A DNA stretch of 64,000 bases, taken from contig NC_134036.1 in the NCBI RefSeq assembly GCF_964204645.1, forward strand, positions 2,728,001 to 2,792,000, written 5' to 3'. Below, one piece after another: positions 33,635-48,600 of the stretch. Made by a program: the position numbers and the translations under genes. How positions within the stretch are numbered: position 1 is the first letter of the stretch; each line of letters opens with the position of its first letter. Under the pieces are notes generated by a model. That model made no database searches. It was not told the DNA's origin and saw nothing but the letters and a program-made list of their open reading frames with translations. This DNA comes from Tubulanus polymorphus (taxonomy: Eukaryota; Animalia; Nemertea).

Positions 33635-36600
33635 CTAGGTCGTCCGTCGTAGCCACTCGATGACGTCGTCTTTGTATTTTTTCAGCCAATCAACGTTCAT
33701 CTGGATGGTTTCGAGCACCTGATGTACCGCGCGCGCGCCGCTGCCAGTTTTTACGGTCGCGAAGAAATGTTGCACTTCGTCGTGGTCGAATTGAGTCGTA
33801 AAATGCGCCGGCGTTCGCAAAATCAGTTTCGTCATATCGAACGAACCTTCTCCGTATCTGCGAAAAATATCAAATAATTTGTCAACATCTTTGAAATATC
33901 TGATATCAAAATCGGTATGAGCCAAAAAATTAACATCTTTGGATAACAACAAAATTATTTTATGAGTTTGAAAATCTGTGGGCCAAGAACCACAAACTAA
34001 ATCAAATCCACACAACTGTGGAACTGGATTCAGAGTCAAATCAAACCCACACAATGACACAACTATGGAACTGGGTCTAAAGTCTAATCAATCCCACACA
34101 ATAGCCCTATCTAAGTACTAACCTGGATACTAGAAGATCCCAGTTCTGTTGGACGAATCTCCAAGCCAGGTATTTACCGACGCGATTGTTCGCTACCGAT
34201 ATGATCACCGATACTGTATCCTGCGGTCGAATCTTCGTCTGGTCCAAACTGAATTGCAAATACCTGCAAGAAAATATAATATACCAGATGTGAAGTCAGT
34301 CGACTCATCAATCATTTGTGATCCATCTTCAGAATTCGCTTTCAAACTTACTTATTTAACAAAATGCCATCTTTAGTGGCGGCTAAAGCGTATAAAAGTT
34401 TACTTTTTTCCGAAGGCACTTGTGTTTTGTTGTACTGTTCCCAACAATAGTTCCAGTTGTCCTCGTCGCCGCCGACGATACCGGCATGGTAGACTACATC
34501 TTTCAAATTCGGATCCAAGCTACAGAAGAAATAGATATAAAGATGACAGAGGTTAATTGTGGAGGCAATTTGAAGTTAGTAAACTTTGAGAGCTAAGAAG
34601 ATATAGCTTACACAGTGCCTTGAGTTTTCCAGCCTTCGAATAATTCTTTGCCTTTCTTGATGGATGGTTTATGGTCCAATTTGATAGCTATACTCAGCAA
34701 CAACGACCGCAGATATCTGTAAAGACAAGAAAAATATTGACATCAGATTTGGTTGCGCCAGATGCTAGTTGAACAGTCTAAGCTTAGATTTTAAGATCCA
34801 TCTCAAACCATCGGTCCTATAGCTAATGTAACAAGTTAAGACTTATTTCTTAGATCATTGGTATGGCTTTGTAACTGGGATCACTTGATGGCAGAACCCC
34901 TTTTTTTCTAACAATAGTCTTAAGCTCTCCGAAATGGATTTTACATACATTTTAAGATTATCAGGTTTATCCCTTGGTGCGTCGTACCAGCCGACCTGTC
35001 CCATGATACGCGACATCAAATTCAACATGTATTTCTGAAAAATATGACAACATTGAAAAGTAATCAGCAAAAACAGTAACCCCTTCAGGAATACAATGTC
35101 CTACACCTGATGTTAGTTTTACAGCCAAAGTAGTTAACAACAGTAAAAGTCCTTTATAACGCCACTGTTGATACCAATGGAAAACTTGGTGTTATAATGA
35201 AATTAGCATTATATGGAAGGCTTTTGAGTAAGATTGGGAAAATTTGTTCTCTATGTTGGCATCAAGGGAGCAATGGCATTAAAATTGACTTCGACTGTAT
35301 TCTTAAAGCCCCTCAAGGCATTAAATTCCTGACTATGGAACTTACCTTATAGAGATCGTAACCATCAGGTAGATCAGCTAGAACTCGATTCAAATAAAGT
35401 AGACTGCGTAAGGCAGAATCCCACGGCACGTATTCCTCTTCTTGGAGCAGATAATGCGTTAGATTCAACGCAGTCACTTGATCTAATTGACCAGCTCTGT
35501 ATAAGAAAATAAGATATTGTTAATGACCCAAGAGAAAAGCAGCCACCTCTTCTCTGGAAGGCAGGAGATAATCATGCTAATATTCATGAAAGTGAACTTT
35601 TCAGTCATGAAAGGCAGATGCCTTCTCTCTTTCCAACTATGGCATAAGAGGAGACCTGAGAAGTTTCAGCTTCCAACTAAAAAGGCAAACAAACCTTTCT
35701 AGCTAAGAGTATTTGTGCGTACCTGGCCAATGAAAATGAGTCATCTATCAAACCAGCACGATCAGCTGCGCTGAAGACTGTATAATCCGATCGCAGTTGT
35801 TCGATAAGTGCCTGCCAGGTGGCGGCGTCGTAGTTTACGCGGTAGAAACCGATTGTGTTTTTGTTAGCTTTGATCCATTTTGCATTTGCCGGAATTTCGA
35901 AGGAAGCTTTTGGTAAATAGAAAGAATTTGGGCGATGTAGGTCCATGTAAAATATGAGGTACAATAAACCTCGCCTGACTCTAGCCTGACAAACTGGAAC
36001 TAGGAAAATTGTTCCCCAATTAAGCAGCAGTCCAAGTTAATGATCAAAAAATTATGTCAGGAAATGATTTTGGTGTCCAAGTTCATTAAAAGTCTGAGTA
36101 AGGCGAGGTTCATTGTATCATGTTTAACACATAATATTGTATAGATCAGGAATGTTTCCTACCTGGTCCTCGTTTTAACCAAACTAATGCGGAGTCCGCT
36201 GGTTTCTGATCGGTTGAATAAGTCAGGGGCACGTGCCAAGTGTACCTACAAACGAACCGACATATGAACATATATAACAAATTCATAGGTATTCAACGGA
36301 TTTTCAAAGAATTTCAGGTAAATTTCAATCTCTTTGTGGCTTTAACCCTTTTAGCAATATGGAACCCCATCACGAAAACTTTCTGAGTTCAAGTCCTAAA
36401 TACAAATGTTCCATTTTCATTCTTAATTTAACTTCTTTGCCAAAAATCCTTCTTTACGTGCAACATCTTTTGAGTTCAATTCCCAAATATAAACGGTAAC
36501 AGACATCCTATTTTGAACTGATTGCCCTGTACCCTTCACCCTTGACAGCTCAGTCCTGGATATACCTACTCGAATGGTGATTTAAATTCTTTCGATCTTT

Positions 36601-39600
36601 CCGCGTTGGGGTTCAGGAGGAAGTATTCTTGCGTCGCCTCGATTTTCGCCGCGTTGCGTTTAAGATTAACGACCGGGTATCCCATCTGTAACGTCCACGT
36701 GTCCATCACTTCACTAACGTTCACAGCTCCGTTCACCGCCTGAAATCAATAGATCATCTTATAGTTGTAGTGAAGATAACATAATGTTCATATTCATCAA
36801 ATATAAATCTTTAACAGAATTTGCTTTTATAACTAGAGTTTACATATATGAACGAATTTAATTAATATATAAGATAAAGGACACAGTGCAGGCATAAATG
36901 TGGTATAAAAAGTGCCAAATGCTTCAATTACTAGATCACTCTTCCCAGTCACAGATCAAGTTGCACTCAATGATTAATCATATCTTAGAACTTGTTATTT
37001 TTGTTTTAAAATTAATCTATCAACTTTAGTTAGGCCAGGGTATGCTTATTCTTCTTCCAAACTAGCAACTTAAAAAAGAAGTTTTATGAAAAATGTGGAA
37101 TTCCAATATCTATAATCTTAAGTGTTATTACCTCAGTCAATGCCTCCCAGAGATCTTTCGTTTCAGCATTACCGAACTGATGTTGATGTAAATATGACTT
37201 CAACCCTTTCTGCATGATGCCTTTACCAAGGAAACCGTCCAACATTCTTATGATCGATGCACCCTGAAATAAATACCGGTTTATATCATAAATACGACAA
37301 CATTTAACACGGAGACAATTTGATCATTTATAGGGTTTCCATCTTTTCTGGAAGTTTCTATATCTCTTCAACTTCATGATGCCATAGTGGGATTCTTCAA
37401 CTTGATGATGCCATAGTGGGATTCTTCAATTCGATGATGCCATAGTGGGGTTCTTTAAGGCAGATGATGCCAGTGGAATTGTTCAAGGCGGATGATACCA
37501 TAGTGGGATTCTTTTTAAGGCGGTCATCTTTTTAGGAAAGGTATCACATCAAGATGATGATGGTAGCCATCACTTAGGGAAGGAAGATTCTTACCTTATC
37601 GTAAGAGATCGTGTCGAATATTTCGTTGATTTGCGAAGGATTGTGAACGGGCACCGATATCGGGTGAGAATTACTCAAACTGTCGAGGTTCATTGCCGGC
37701 AGGTTGTTATCGATGACAAACTGGTCGAACTGAATTGAAAAGAAGATAAGAAAATAATAACTGCTCTTGATAAGCAGGGGACAGTAAACCATTTTCAGAG
37801 ACTGTTCCTGGCAATCAGAGGACAGCAAACCATTTTCAGTGACTGTTCTTGACAATCAGGGGACGTAACCACTATCAGAGACTGTTCCTAACAATCAGGG
37901 GATGTAACCATTTTCAGAGACTGTTCCTGACAATAAGGGGACAGTTAAAACGTTGCAGAGACATTGTTTATTTTCAAATCACAAAGAACAATCAGGGGGC
38001 AGTAATCCATTGTCATAGTCGTTCCTGACAATCAGGGGACAGTAAACCATTGTAAGAGATTACTGTTCTGAGACCATTCGTGATAATCACGGGACTCCAA
38101 ACCATTAAGAGATTGCTTTTCTGAGAGTTAACTTTGCCTTCTCAGGAGAATAGCACAATCGTGCTTCTCGCCATGGAAACCTACCATATGCCAGGCTTTG
38201 TTGACGATATCAGCGCCGATGAATTCTACAAAACTGGCGAAGCCTTCGTTCAACCACAAATCGTTCCACCATTTCATCGTCACCAAATTACCGAACCACT
38301 ACAATAAAACAACAATGAGATTTATTCATATAACAATCAGGTCGGTTAATTTCAAACTCGACGATTGCGCACACGTACCTGATGGGCTAATTCATGAGCA
38401 ATCACCACAGCAACGTATTGTTGATCGTGAGCTGACGATTGTTTCGGATCCCACAATATGGTCGTCATACGATACGTGATTAAACCCCAGTTTTCCATCG
38501 CACCCGCAGCGAAGTCGGGAATCGCGATCAAATCTGTGAAATAAATCGTTAGTAGAAAGATGTAGAAAGTGTTAGAGTTAAGTCAAGATGCTGATATAAA
38601 ACAGCCAGATGATCTCACACTTTATGAAGAAAAGACCTTTAAGTTCAAGAGATCACACAGTGACTGCAGTGGCATTTTCTTTTTTTTTTTTTGATAGGGC
38701 AGCGATACTTTTCAAAAGCATCCACTATGCTGGAAAATGACTCATAGCAGAACAGTGCACATGTAGGATTTACTTTGGTTGTTTCATCAGTGCCAACTGA
38801 AAACTGACAGCCTCTTGCCATTTGCAACAATTGTTTAGCATTGCGTTTCTAATGTAGGGGAACTACAAGCATACTCATAGCTGGCACCTATTCAACATCC
38901 TGGAATAACGGGTCTACTCCTCAATGCTGGCAGTCAACCTAAGTTTTCCATTCCAAGTGATCTCATTGTGTTCGAAATGAAGTAGCTGGCAGTCAACGTG
39001 TTAATGCCAGTTTTTCATCCCAAATGGTCTCAATTTTACGAAATAAAGTGAGTGGATAGATTACACTAACCTTGTTTGGGAAGCGGGTATTTGATGCCGA
39101 AGTATTCGTCATAATGATCGAGGACTTTCGCCGCGGCTTCCAGTGCGAAACGACCTTGTTCTATTAAATGCGGAGGAGTGTAAACGGATACCTTAAAATA
39201 CAAAACAATCAAGATATTTACTTCAAGTGGGAGAATGATTTCGAGTAGAAATTAGACAAATATAACATGTTATTTCTCTGCAGGGCGAGGAAGAAGTTGA
39301 CTTATGCTACAGATTATGCCTATCTATCACACACCCTTCTTTTGTAAGCAATAACTTCTCCTTATCTTTCAACAACCTTTCCTTAAATAATCCAGAGGAT
39401 AATTCTCATGTTGATACCAGTTGTTTAAATTTTCATCCCTTCAAATGCCTTGTCCTATGCCTTTCCCTTCCCATTTCAAATACATTGAAGGAATATTCAT
39501 TTTGTAACAGCCAAACTCATTCATGACGCAGTAACTTTTTTTCGGTAACCTCTTCTGGCTCCACATTCTTCCCATTTGAATTCAAAAACTGAAAAACCGT

Positions 39601-42600
39601 TACCTTTCACTGGTCAATCGATAACTTTTCTTACCTTCACGTTCGACTTCGTTGTCGTCGTCAGATGCGCGTAATCGCACACAACAAACGCGACCAGATA
39701 CGTGCTCATCTTCTCGCTCGTCTCAAAATGGTCGACTTCGAGATCCGCTGCAGCGGTGGCGCTACCGGTCGTGTCACGCTTGTACGGCTCCGTCGATGAT
39801 TTCGGCATGTTGAACAACGCGATGTGTTTTTTATCGCGAACCATCGACAATTTGAACGTCGCCTTCAACGACGGTTCGTCAAAGCACGGAAACGCGGCGC
39901 GCGCATCCGTCGGTTCGAAATGAGTTGTTGCTAGGTACCTGTAACAACAATACAACACTTTGTTAATAGTTACATTACACGATTCTTAACATTTTTCATT
40001 GCATTTTGTGACAGAGGACAGATGCAACTTTTCAATGACATGATATTTAAACAGGGCTAAATGCAATAAGATATCTTTTTTAAAAGGAAACCTGGAACAA
40101 CTGCAAAAGCATAGGTACTTACAAAGCACAGGCGTTCAGTTACCTCATGGGAAACCTAGGACCATATCAGTTGTCAATAAATAATAAAAGATTTGCAGAA
40201 GCCACTGCTATGGCTACAAAACATTTCGTTGCACGAATACTGAGAAACTATCAGAGATATCTCTATTAAGAGTTTCCGGTGCCGCTGTGGTACTGGTGAA
40301 TGCCATGGACGATTAATCATTAATCCCTTCAGCTCCAGTACTTTTATTCCTATACCCCAACAAAAAGGATCTGGGTGGAGTTTCATAGATGAAGGGGCAA
40401 AATAATACCTTTGAAATTATTTACCATTGTTTGTAAGATGATTATCATCATAGAACTTTGATTAGAGTTCTATGATATCATCAACGTTGAGGATTTATCC
40501 CTAGGGGTAACTTTGATTTTTAAAAGATGTCAAAAAATGCATCAATGATGATTTAAGGTAAGACGTAATGGGACTCAATAATAAAGCAGTGCACTCATTC
40601 ATTCATTATCTTATGATGAAGCACGATCCATCATCGAGCTATGCACCGTCGTAGAAAATGCCTTTTCTGTTTCCATGGCAATGACACCTGGATCGCGCAG
40701 TTAATCTAAATTTATTTGCTGTAGTAATAATAAAATTCTTGTGGCAGTCCCCGGTGATGGTGATGCGCGGCAATGCGCAAGAGCGAGGCTTATCAGCAGG
40801 AGTTAGATTGTCTATCCTTGCTTAAGGCACTGAAAACGTAAATTTGTGTCATAGTGGAAGTATGGAGCCATAGAATGAGGTGGACAGATTGAAAAGCTAA
40901 ATGAAAAAATGAATTTGTGATGTCCAGAAAAACCTCATAATCACATTTCACTCTCAAACTGACATTTTGCTACAGCAGACAATCAATTGGAAATGGAGAC
41001 TAAAGAGAATGGTGTTAGCAGGTCATATGGGAAAGACATCATAGACCTATACAACTTTGTTAGTTTCTGTAACTGCTATCAGAACTAGTTCATTTTTGAG
41101 AATGACATTTGGAATTGGAATGTGAAAGGAATAAACAATTTACTTACAGAATGAAAGGGGGCCATCCATAAAGCTTCCAAACTGATATTGTTTGTGGTAA
41201 TTTCGACCAGGTCCCCACCGCTGAACTCAAGAGAACCGCAAACTCAGTAGAGTAGCTTAATTAGATCTATGTAGATCCAAAGTAGTAGATCAATCTTCAT
41301 TATCCCTTTCATCACAAACCCGGTTGTTAGTAATGCCAAGGAAAAATCTCACTTGTTATCAACGTTAGAGGCTATATTTTCAGGGGCTTCCCAAAAAAAA
41401 CAAACCCATTAGAATAAAAGGGGCCACCCATAAAGCTCTTAAACTGGTTGTTAACCAGGTCATCGACCCCCAAAATCCCGAATGAAACGCACCTTTTTTC
41501 GCCCTTTTCCGTTTCGTATGAACTCAAATAAAACCCGGACATTCCGGTCGATAGCTTCGCGTCAAATTCCAAATTGATCGTCAAAACTTCGTTTTTACGC
41601 AGTTGCCGCTCGACTTGAATCATGTATTGTTGATTTTTCTCGTTTTCGAGCGTTTTAACGATCGCGATCGGACGATGCATCGCGGACATAACCTCGCGTT
41701 TCGTTACGTTCAGTTTATCGACGTGGAATATAATCCAGTCGGTTTCCTCGACGACGCGTACGTTTATACTCTCCTCGCCGCGGAACGTGAACGCCGTCAA
41801 ATCCGGATGCATCCGAATTTCGTACGACAATGGCACGATCGTCGACGGTAACAGGATCTTGTTCCACGGATACTTTACGCTCGACGTATCCATTCTCTTT
41901 GAAGAGTTCGTTTGCAGGTTGATGTTTTTGTTGGTATTGGCAACGGCGCACGGAGACGGGGAACGAGCTAGCGCAGCGATTAGTGCAACAATGACAATTA
42001 CGAGTCCGACGACGACAGCGATTAGAGCCGCACGACCTTGACTGCAGACAACCTGTTTGCAACGTTCAACCGGCTTCGGTTCGTAATGTGACCTCTTTCC
42101 TGCCTGACCTTGACCTGAATAAATAGAAGTTTGAAAATCATCATCATTAATTAAAAATTATCGATATTTATGCATTATTTCCAAAAAATGGTTTCAATTT
42201 AGTTTCAAGTTGCAAAAAATTTTTATGCTTTCATTTTTAGTAACAAGTGACTTGAACTTCTTTCTAACTTTCTCAATCAAATATTCCATGAATATCAAAA
42301 TCTGTACTATTACTGTTAGGAAGCGCAGCAGGACAACTTGTCACAATTTATCCTGCTTTGTAAGTTTCTAATTGTCAGGATCCAGTATCAATGTCAGGCA
42401 CCACAATCCCTTCATACAAAACTGAATAAAAATTGTGATGCTAGACATGGATACTGGATCCTGACTATTACAAACTATGATCACCATTCTATATCCCTCT
42501 CTCCTGGTTGTAGGGTAGCCTAGGGGAAGCCTCCCTAGGAACCCCACTCTGGTTCAGTGTTTCGTTTTTAACTTATTCCAATATCGTTATGGAAGAGAGG

Positions 42601-45600
42601 ACATATTGCATGTGAAATAAATGATCTGTAGAAATGAGGTAATCACTGAATAATAACAATTTAACAATGTCAAAAGAAGAAACGAAAGGAAAACCAGTTG
42701 ACAAAAAACAGAAGAAAAAGTCTTCCATTCCGATTCCAAAAGGATAAACCCAATCACTTAGCCCATCGATGGCAATTAAGAAATACCCTAAATCATCTCG
42801 CTATTTTCAATACCTACTTTAAACAGGTTTCCTTGAAAAGACCAAGAAAGAGAAGAGACGCTATAATGACAATGTGGGGATGTCCTCAATACACCGGGGA
42901 ATCCCGTTAATGACGTCACATTTTACGCAGTTCAATTCAATCAATGTTTATTGATTATCGATTGTTTACCGATCAATCCAATCCGATCGAATTTTATTGG
43001 CACAAATCCGCATTACCCGCTGATTACGAATGAATTTTGGTGTTACATTAAATAAATGATAATCCATTAATAAATTCAAAGTTGGTATCTATCTAATATG
43101 GAGAGAACCATCATTTCAAATGCCACTTGAGGCCAACGGCTGACTCCGACTTCCATTGGTGAAAACTTTTGAAAATGTCTATATGATCTAAATCCAAAAA
43201 CCGGTGGAACTTTGATTTCCCTACGTATTTTTCAATGGTAATGCATGTGAAATTCACTAAGAACCCACTTAAGTGTTGCGGCCGTTCGTGGCAACACTCG
43301 AGGGACCAGGACACTTCTATAATGAGTGCTGCGGCAAAGTGACGGACACAATGCTCAGCTCGAAACGTTGACAGCGAGTGTCTTACCAATTTTTCATGGC
43401 AAATTAATTAGTCAAGGGTGGATCCGGGAGCCAACTTGGAGGTCTTGTCACCCAAAAGGGCATTTTGATGTCCACAAAGGCAATTAGCGACACTACCACA
43501 CTAAACATCTTCGTTGACAAACTAGAAGGGCTCCCTCCGGATCCAACCCTGAAAATTGCATTCGTCTAGCAGCACTATCTCGATCTCTGTACATAGCCTC
43601 ATGCTTTCCGTGAAATAAATTTTGAACTTGAACTTGAAGATGAAGGACACAGGCCTTTTCCGAAACGGTCGATAACATTGAGCATATCTGTTCTAGATAC
43701 ACATTTTCAATAGTAATTTCAATGTTATTATTTACAAAAATGTGCGAAAATAATGTCCCCCACTGCGCAATACGGGCCAGCACTTTATCGATGAACTAAA
43801 TCATGTTTGACACAAATACTAAACCGCGGCGGGGAAGTTGAAACATCTGCCGCTAAAATTCTATGGTTTATAACTTCATTTGCCAGGTGTTAAATTAATA
43901 ATTTTCCACACAACATCGGATCGATATTCGCTCATTGTCAACTGTTTCATATTTACTACCCAGATCAGTGTAATGAAGATAAACACGCGAAGTATTATTG
44001 AAAATGATCTATAGAAACTCGGATTTATCAGACACGGTTAAAATTGCCCCAAGAATAGAGAGGAGCCATTACAAAGTCCAAGGGCCACAGTTAGAATATG
44101 TGACAAGCATTACACATTGAATCAAGATGGACTTGGACTGATTTTTGTTGTGGTGAGATTAGCCATGCAACCAAAATTGGTTATGATTTCAATAATGAAT
44201 TGGAGCCATTACAAAAAACCCAGGGACAGTTGCACAAAACATCGTAAATTGGATCAAGATGGACTTAGACTGGTTTCATGTTTTGAGATTGAGTGTGAAC
44301 GAAAATTGGTTATGATTTGAACATTGCTTTAAACTAGCCTCACGTTCTGCTTTTTTTACATTCGATGATGGAGCGAATTAGCTTAGGCCTAGATTGGCAT
44401 TGAATTTGCAAAATGACAAGCCGATAATTACAGACTTAAATAAAAACCAGCACCAGAAGAAAATGACAGTAGTCTTGTACCATTGTGATGAGGAAATTCA
44501 TGGACCGTGCGAACTGGTACCAGCAAGTAAAGGTTTCCTCAACGCTCGAGTTTAGTTCGTGGAATGAAAATGAAAGTGATCTTTGTACCGTTTTGATTAG
44601 AAAATCCATGGATCGTGAAATGATGCCCCATTAAAGTTTTTCGATGATCGTGGGTGTTACGATTAGATTGGCATGAATTCAATTATATATTTTTGAAAGT
44701 TAATCAATCAATCATTCTATTAGATTTACGCCGCGAAGAGTTTCTAGTGTATTTTCCTCCAATCGCCTATGCTGTCACACGACGAGCGCTCCCAGCAGCA
44801 GCTGTTGTTGTACCGGTATATACTGATTACAAAACGATAGAGAGACACCGACTGCATTTACGTCAACTACTGATGGAAATCTTGATAAATCACGCGAGAC
44901 ATCAAAACGATATAATATGCGCACGCATGCACGATCGATACGAAATATTACAGTAGATATAAAACATCGCCTAAATCAGATAAATTGGGAACTGTGTCGA
45001 AATGCCTCCCCTAATTCATGCCCCCTTACAGAAGTCAGTAACCTGTCTGTGGTTTAGTTTCACGATCGGATATTTTCACAAACCACATAAGCTCATTGGT
45101 ACAAGCCCGTCCGATTATAAAAAACTTACCACCAACGATTAGGTAACTAACTACTCTTAGGATTTAAGGCCCCGAATAATGCGGACGCTTAATGCTAGGT
45201 GTAAGGGTTATGGTTATAGGGTTAGCAGCCTCATTATATGGCTCTGCCACTTAATCTGTCAATCTATTGTTGAGAGGCATCTAACATCGGGGCATCGGAT
45301 TCTATGACACCATCAACTTTTGAGCAACTGCAGTCCCTGAATTGTATGTGGTAAACTCAATCATCATAGCTTACTGGTTTATATATGTTGAAATGCCGAT
45401 GTCAGCCCGATGCCAACGATATGAACTCATTTCTTTTCAATGTCTTAGACTACGGCTGATGGCCACCGACTGAGAGGGCAGGGTCTAGGGAACCTGTTTT
45501 GCGGTTGAATGATTCTCATATGCATGATATAGTATAATTTCCCAGTCCGAAACGCGCTTCTCATCTTGTATAAGAAGTATTAAACACTGCCCTGATCATG

Positions 45601-48600
45601 GACATATTAACTAACGGCGATGGTGCGATATATGAGAAAATCTTTCAATTATTTACGGACTTATCTATGCTAATAGTGTTGCCCTTTTTACTGTATGGAA
45701 TTATCCGGAGGTTTGACGATCGGATATTTACACAGTAAAAATAGCTCTTAGCGCTATCCAATACTAATCGATTAGGTTGCTGAAGAATAGCCAGTTACAG
45801 CTTAGAAAATTCATTATAGAGGTTCTTAAATGCAGTTTATTTCACTGAACTGGGACGCGGTTATCTCGGGACTATGATGAACTTAGACAAATATTAAATC
45901 ATTTTTCTGACTTTCGAACCTATTTCCCGTCCCATCGAGGATCGGCAATAGAATCTACAGCATTTTCTGTTTAAATCGAAGTAAATAATTGGGGAGATTC
46001 GGTTCCTTTTTGCAACCGATAGCCCCAAGAAGACAGTGTATATAGATGACGTTCTAGGCTAGACGCAGTCTCGTCACTGGACCGCATTAACTAGAGAACC
46101 TGCGACATCCCGATTTCATAGTATCGCTAGAGCATCGGGAATCAATGAAGGAAACCTTCACGTGAGTGATGATGTTGTCGCTGATGATGCATGATGCTTG
46201 CACGTTACTGATGAGCATGTTGCCAATGGCGACCGGATGATGCTGTGGAGTATATGGACCCGAGGACTGTTTTATCAGCGTGGTTTGTGTGTTGTGTAGT
46301 ATTTGGCTGTTGTTGTTGGTAGAAAGCGATAGCCGCGTGTAAAGCAAACCGGTAATTGTGGGGAGATGTATTCGTCATCCGTTTAGACCAAGGTGTGGAA
46401 CATTGCCCGTCTAAAAAATAGTGAAGCATGATAAAAAATATAACAATGCTTGAAATGCAGGACCAGCCATATTTCAATAAAATTGACACTCGATCTTGGT
46501 GGGCCCATATCTACGACCCAGAATCAGAAATAAGGCTTCAATTTAGGAGACCTACCCCTTTCGATTAAAATGCATTCATTATTACTGTGTCGATCGTGCA
46601 CTTTAGGGCCACAATTCGACAGATGGCCTAGAATCGGAACGAAGGCCTTAGCAAAAATCCAGAAGACCAGTGACTTTCGTTAAACCAGGGCAAATGTGGA
46701 CTTAACTTGGTCTTCTTGGCTTATTTGTTCCCATCATTGGCGATAAGCGTTTGCAATCGGATAGGCTTGTTGTACCTACGTTTGTGAAAATATTCAATCG
46801 TGAAACTGACCGCAGACAGGCTACAGACCTAATATCTTGGTGGTCTTAATTTCTGGGAGGCCCCGAATGAAAACTCGATCCAAGTAGAAGAGCTTAGATC
46901 TTAAAAACGGTGTCTGACATTTTGTGAAGTCACAAACATGACTTAACTTGCAGATTATTATATCTCAAGACTCGACTGTGCAACCTGGATACTGACCCAA
47001 AACTTGTGCAAAGGCCACACATGAAAATCTTTCCACAGAATAACAATATTCACCTTAAACCAAAACATGAATCGGAAATTAGAAAACAAAACTTGAAAAA
47101 AATCATGACGATAAAAGTCACAAGTCCCATGCACGAAAAAAGAAGTATTTGAAACCACATCCAGGAAATGAGAAAGTCGGCAACTTCATCAAAGTAAAAA
47201 GGTCAACTCAGATCATCGCGATAAAGATTTCTATGCGTAGGCCAAATACCGGAAATAATGACTCCAAGGAAAGTGTGGTAAGTATTATGAAAACCTGTAT
47301 CCATGATTGTTCACATTTAAAGATGAGAAAAACCTCCCAGAAAATGTTGCAGATAAAAAAGATGAACTTACGGTTGCGCAAAGGTTGGCTTTCATCTGAA
47401 AATATCGTTGTCATAATATGTTATTCGCTCGACCTGATGTACATCAGGGCAAGAATTCTCCAAAGTCAAAACTTGTTCTCAGATATTCAGGGGTATGGGG
47501 TGGACGATGTGGTGCTTGTCTGAGGAAGATTACAATTAATAGAAGCTTTCGAACCGGACCATCGAAAGAGAAAGTATAGATATAACCCCTTTTCTGGAAG
47601 AGCAATATCATCGAAAAAAGTCAATGTTTCAATATCGAATTTTTCCAACGTTGCAACATATTTATGGATTACGATAAAACTAAACTGTATTAATATGCGC
47701 GATAATTCAGCGATTTTATAAAGCTCTCGGGAGCTGCTGACACAGCAGGTGTGCCTATGCTGGCAGCTACCTACATCAGCTACCGAACGTGCTTACGAAT
47801 TGTTATTAATATTCCAAGTATAATCTGGATTATTCAAATCCAACACAGACAAACGATATGCTTGCTATTCATGCAATACTGCAATGTATTATTGAGTGAT
47901 TCGATGTATTACCATCAATTCATGTTAATAAAATATGCCGAATTTTACCAAGCTATTCCACGAAAATTAATTATGAAATTCCTTACAACTTACGGAAATT
48001 ATAAATCATTTGAGCCCAACAACCCTGCAATCTATTATCATTATTTGGAATTCTAATTGAAAGTTCCACGTTTCTGGTTAAGAGAGGCACATCTGATTGT
48101 GGAAAGTTTCTCGGGCCTTAACCATTTAGTAGTCCACTTTGAAATTTTTACCAAATTATCTTGTCATCATCTCTAGAATACGAAGCACACTACAGAATAG
48201 AAACTACCTACAAACCGCTTACCTTTGGCGTAGTTTAAAAAAAGGAATAGCTAAAATATAATCGTAGTATAGGAGAGCTTAAACATCAAGGAATCGCTTC
48301 CTCGTCCGCAATGAACTATATGAATCTGTATCGCACGGTAAAAACGTTATATTATTTTCAACAAATGGCAATCTATATTTTTTTCGCTGCGCTAAACTCT
48401 CCAGAATTTGTGTGGCAGCTGCGTGAATTTTGTTATTCAAACCATTTCAAGTGTTTGATTTAATCAAAATCTACTCGATATGGCCAACTTGAACAACAAC
48501 CTTAAATCAATACACTGCCAAATCGTGAAAATCTTCTTTTTTAAATTACGTCACTTGTCATGTGCAATATAATATATCTATGATGACATCTGTAGATTTT

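Noticed and set aside
48223-48325. Extra aminopeptidase exon (GTAAGC donor)
   Set aside because: In-frame TAG in the required phase; the 28-nt micro-exon alternative would shift the frame.
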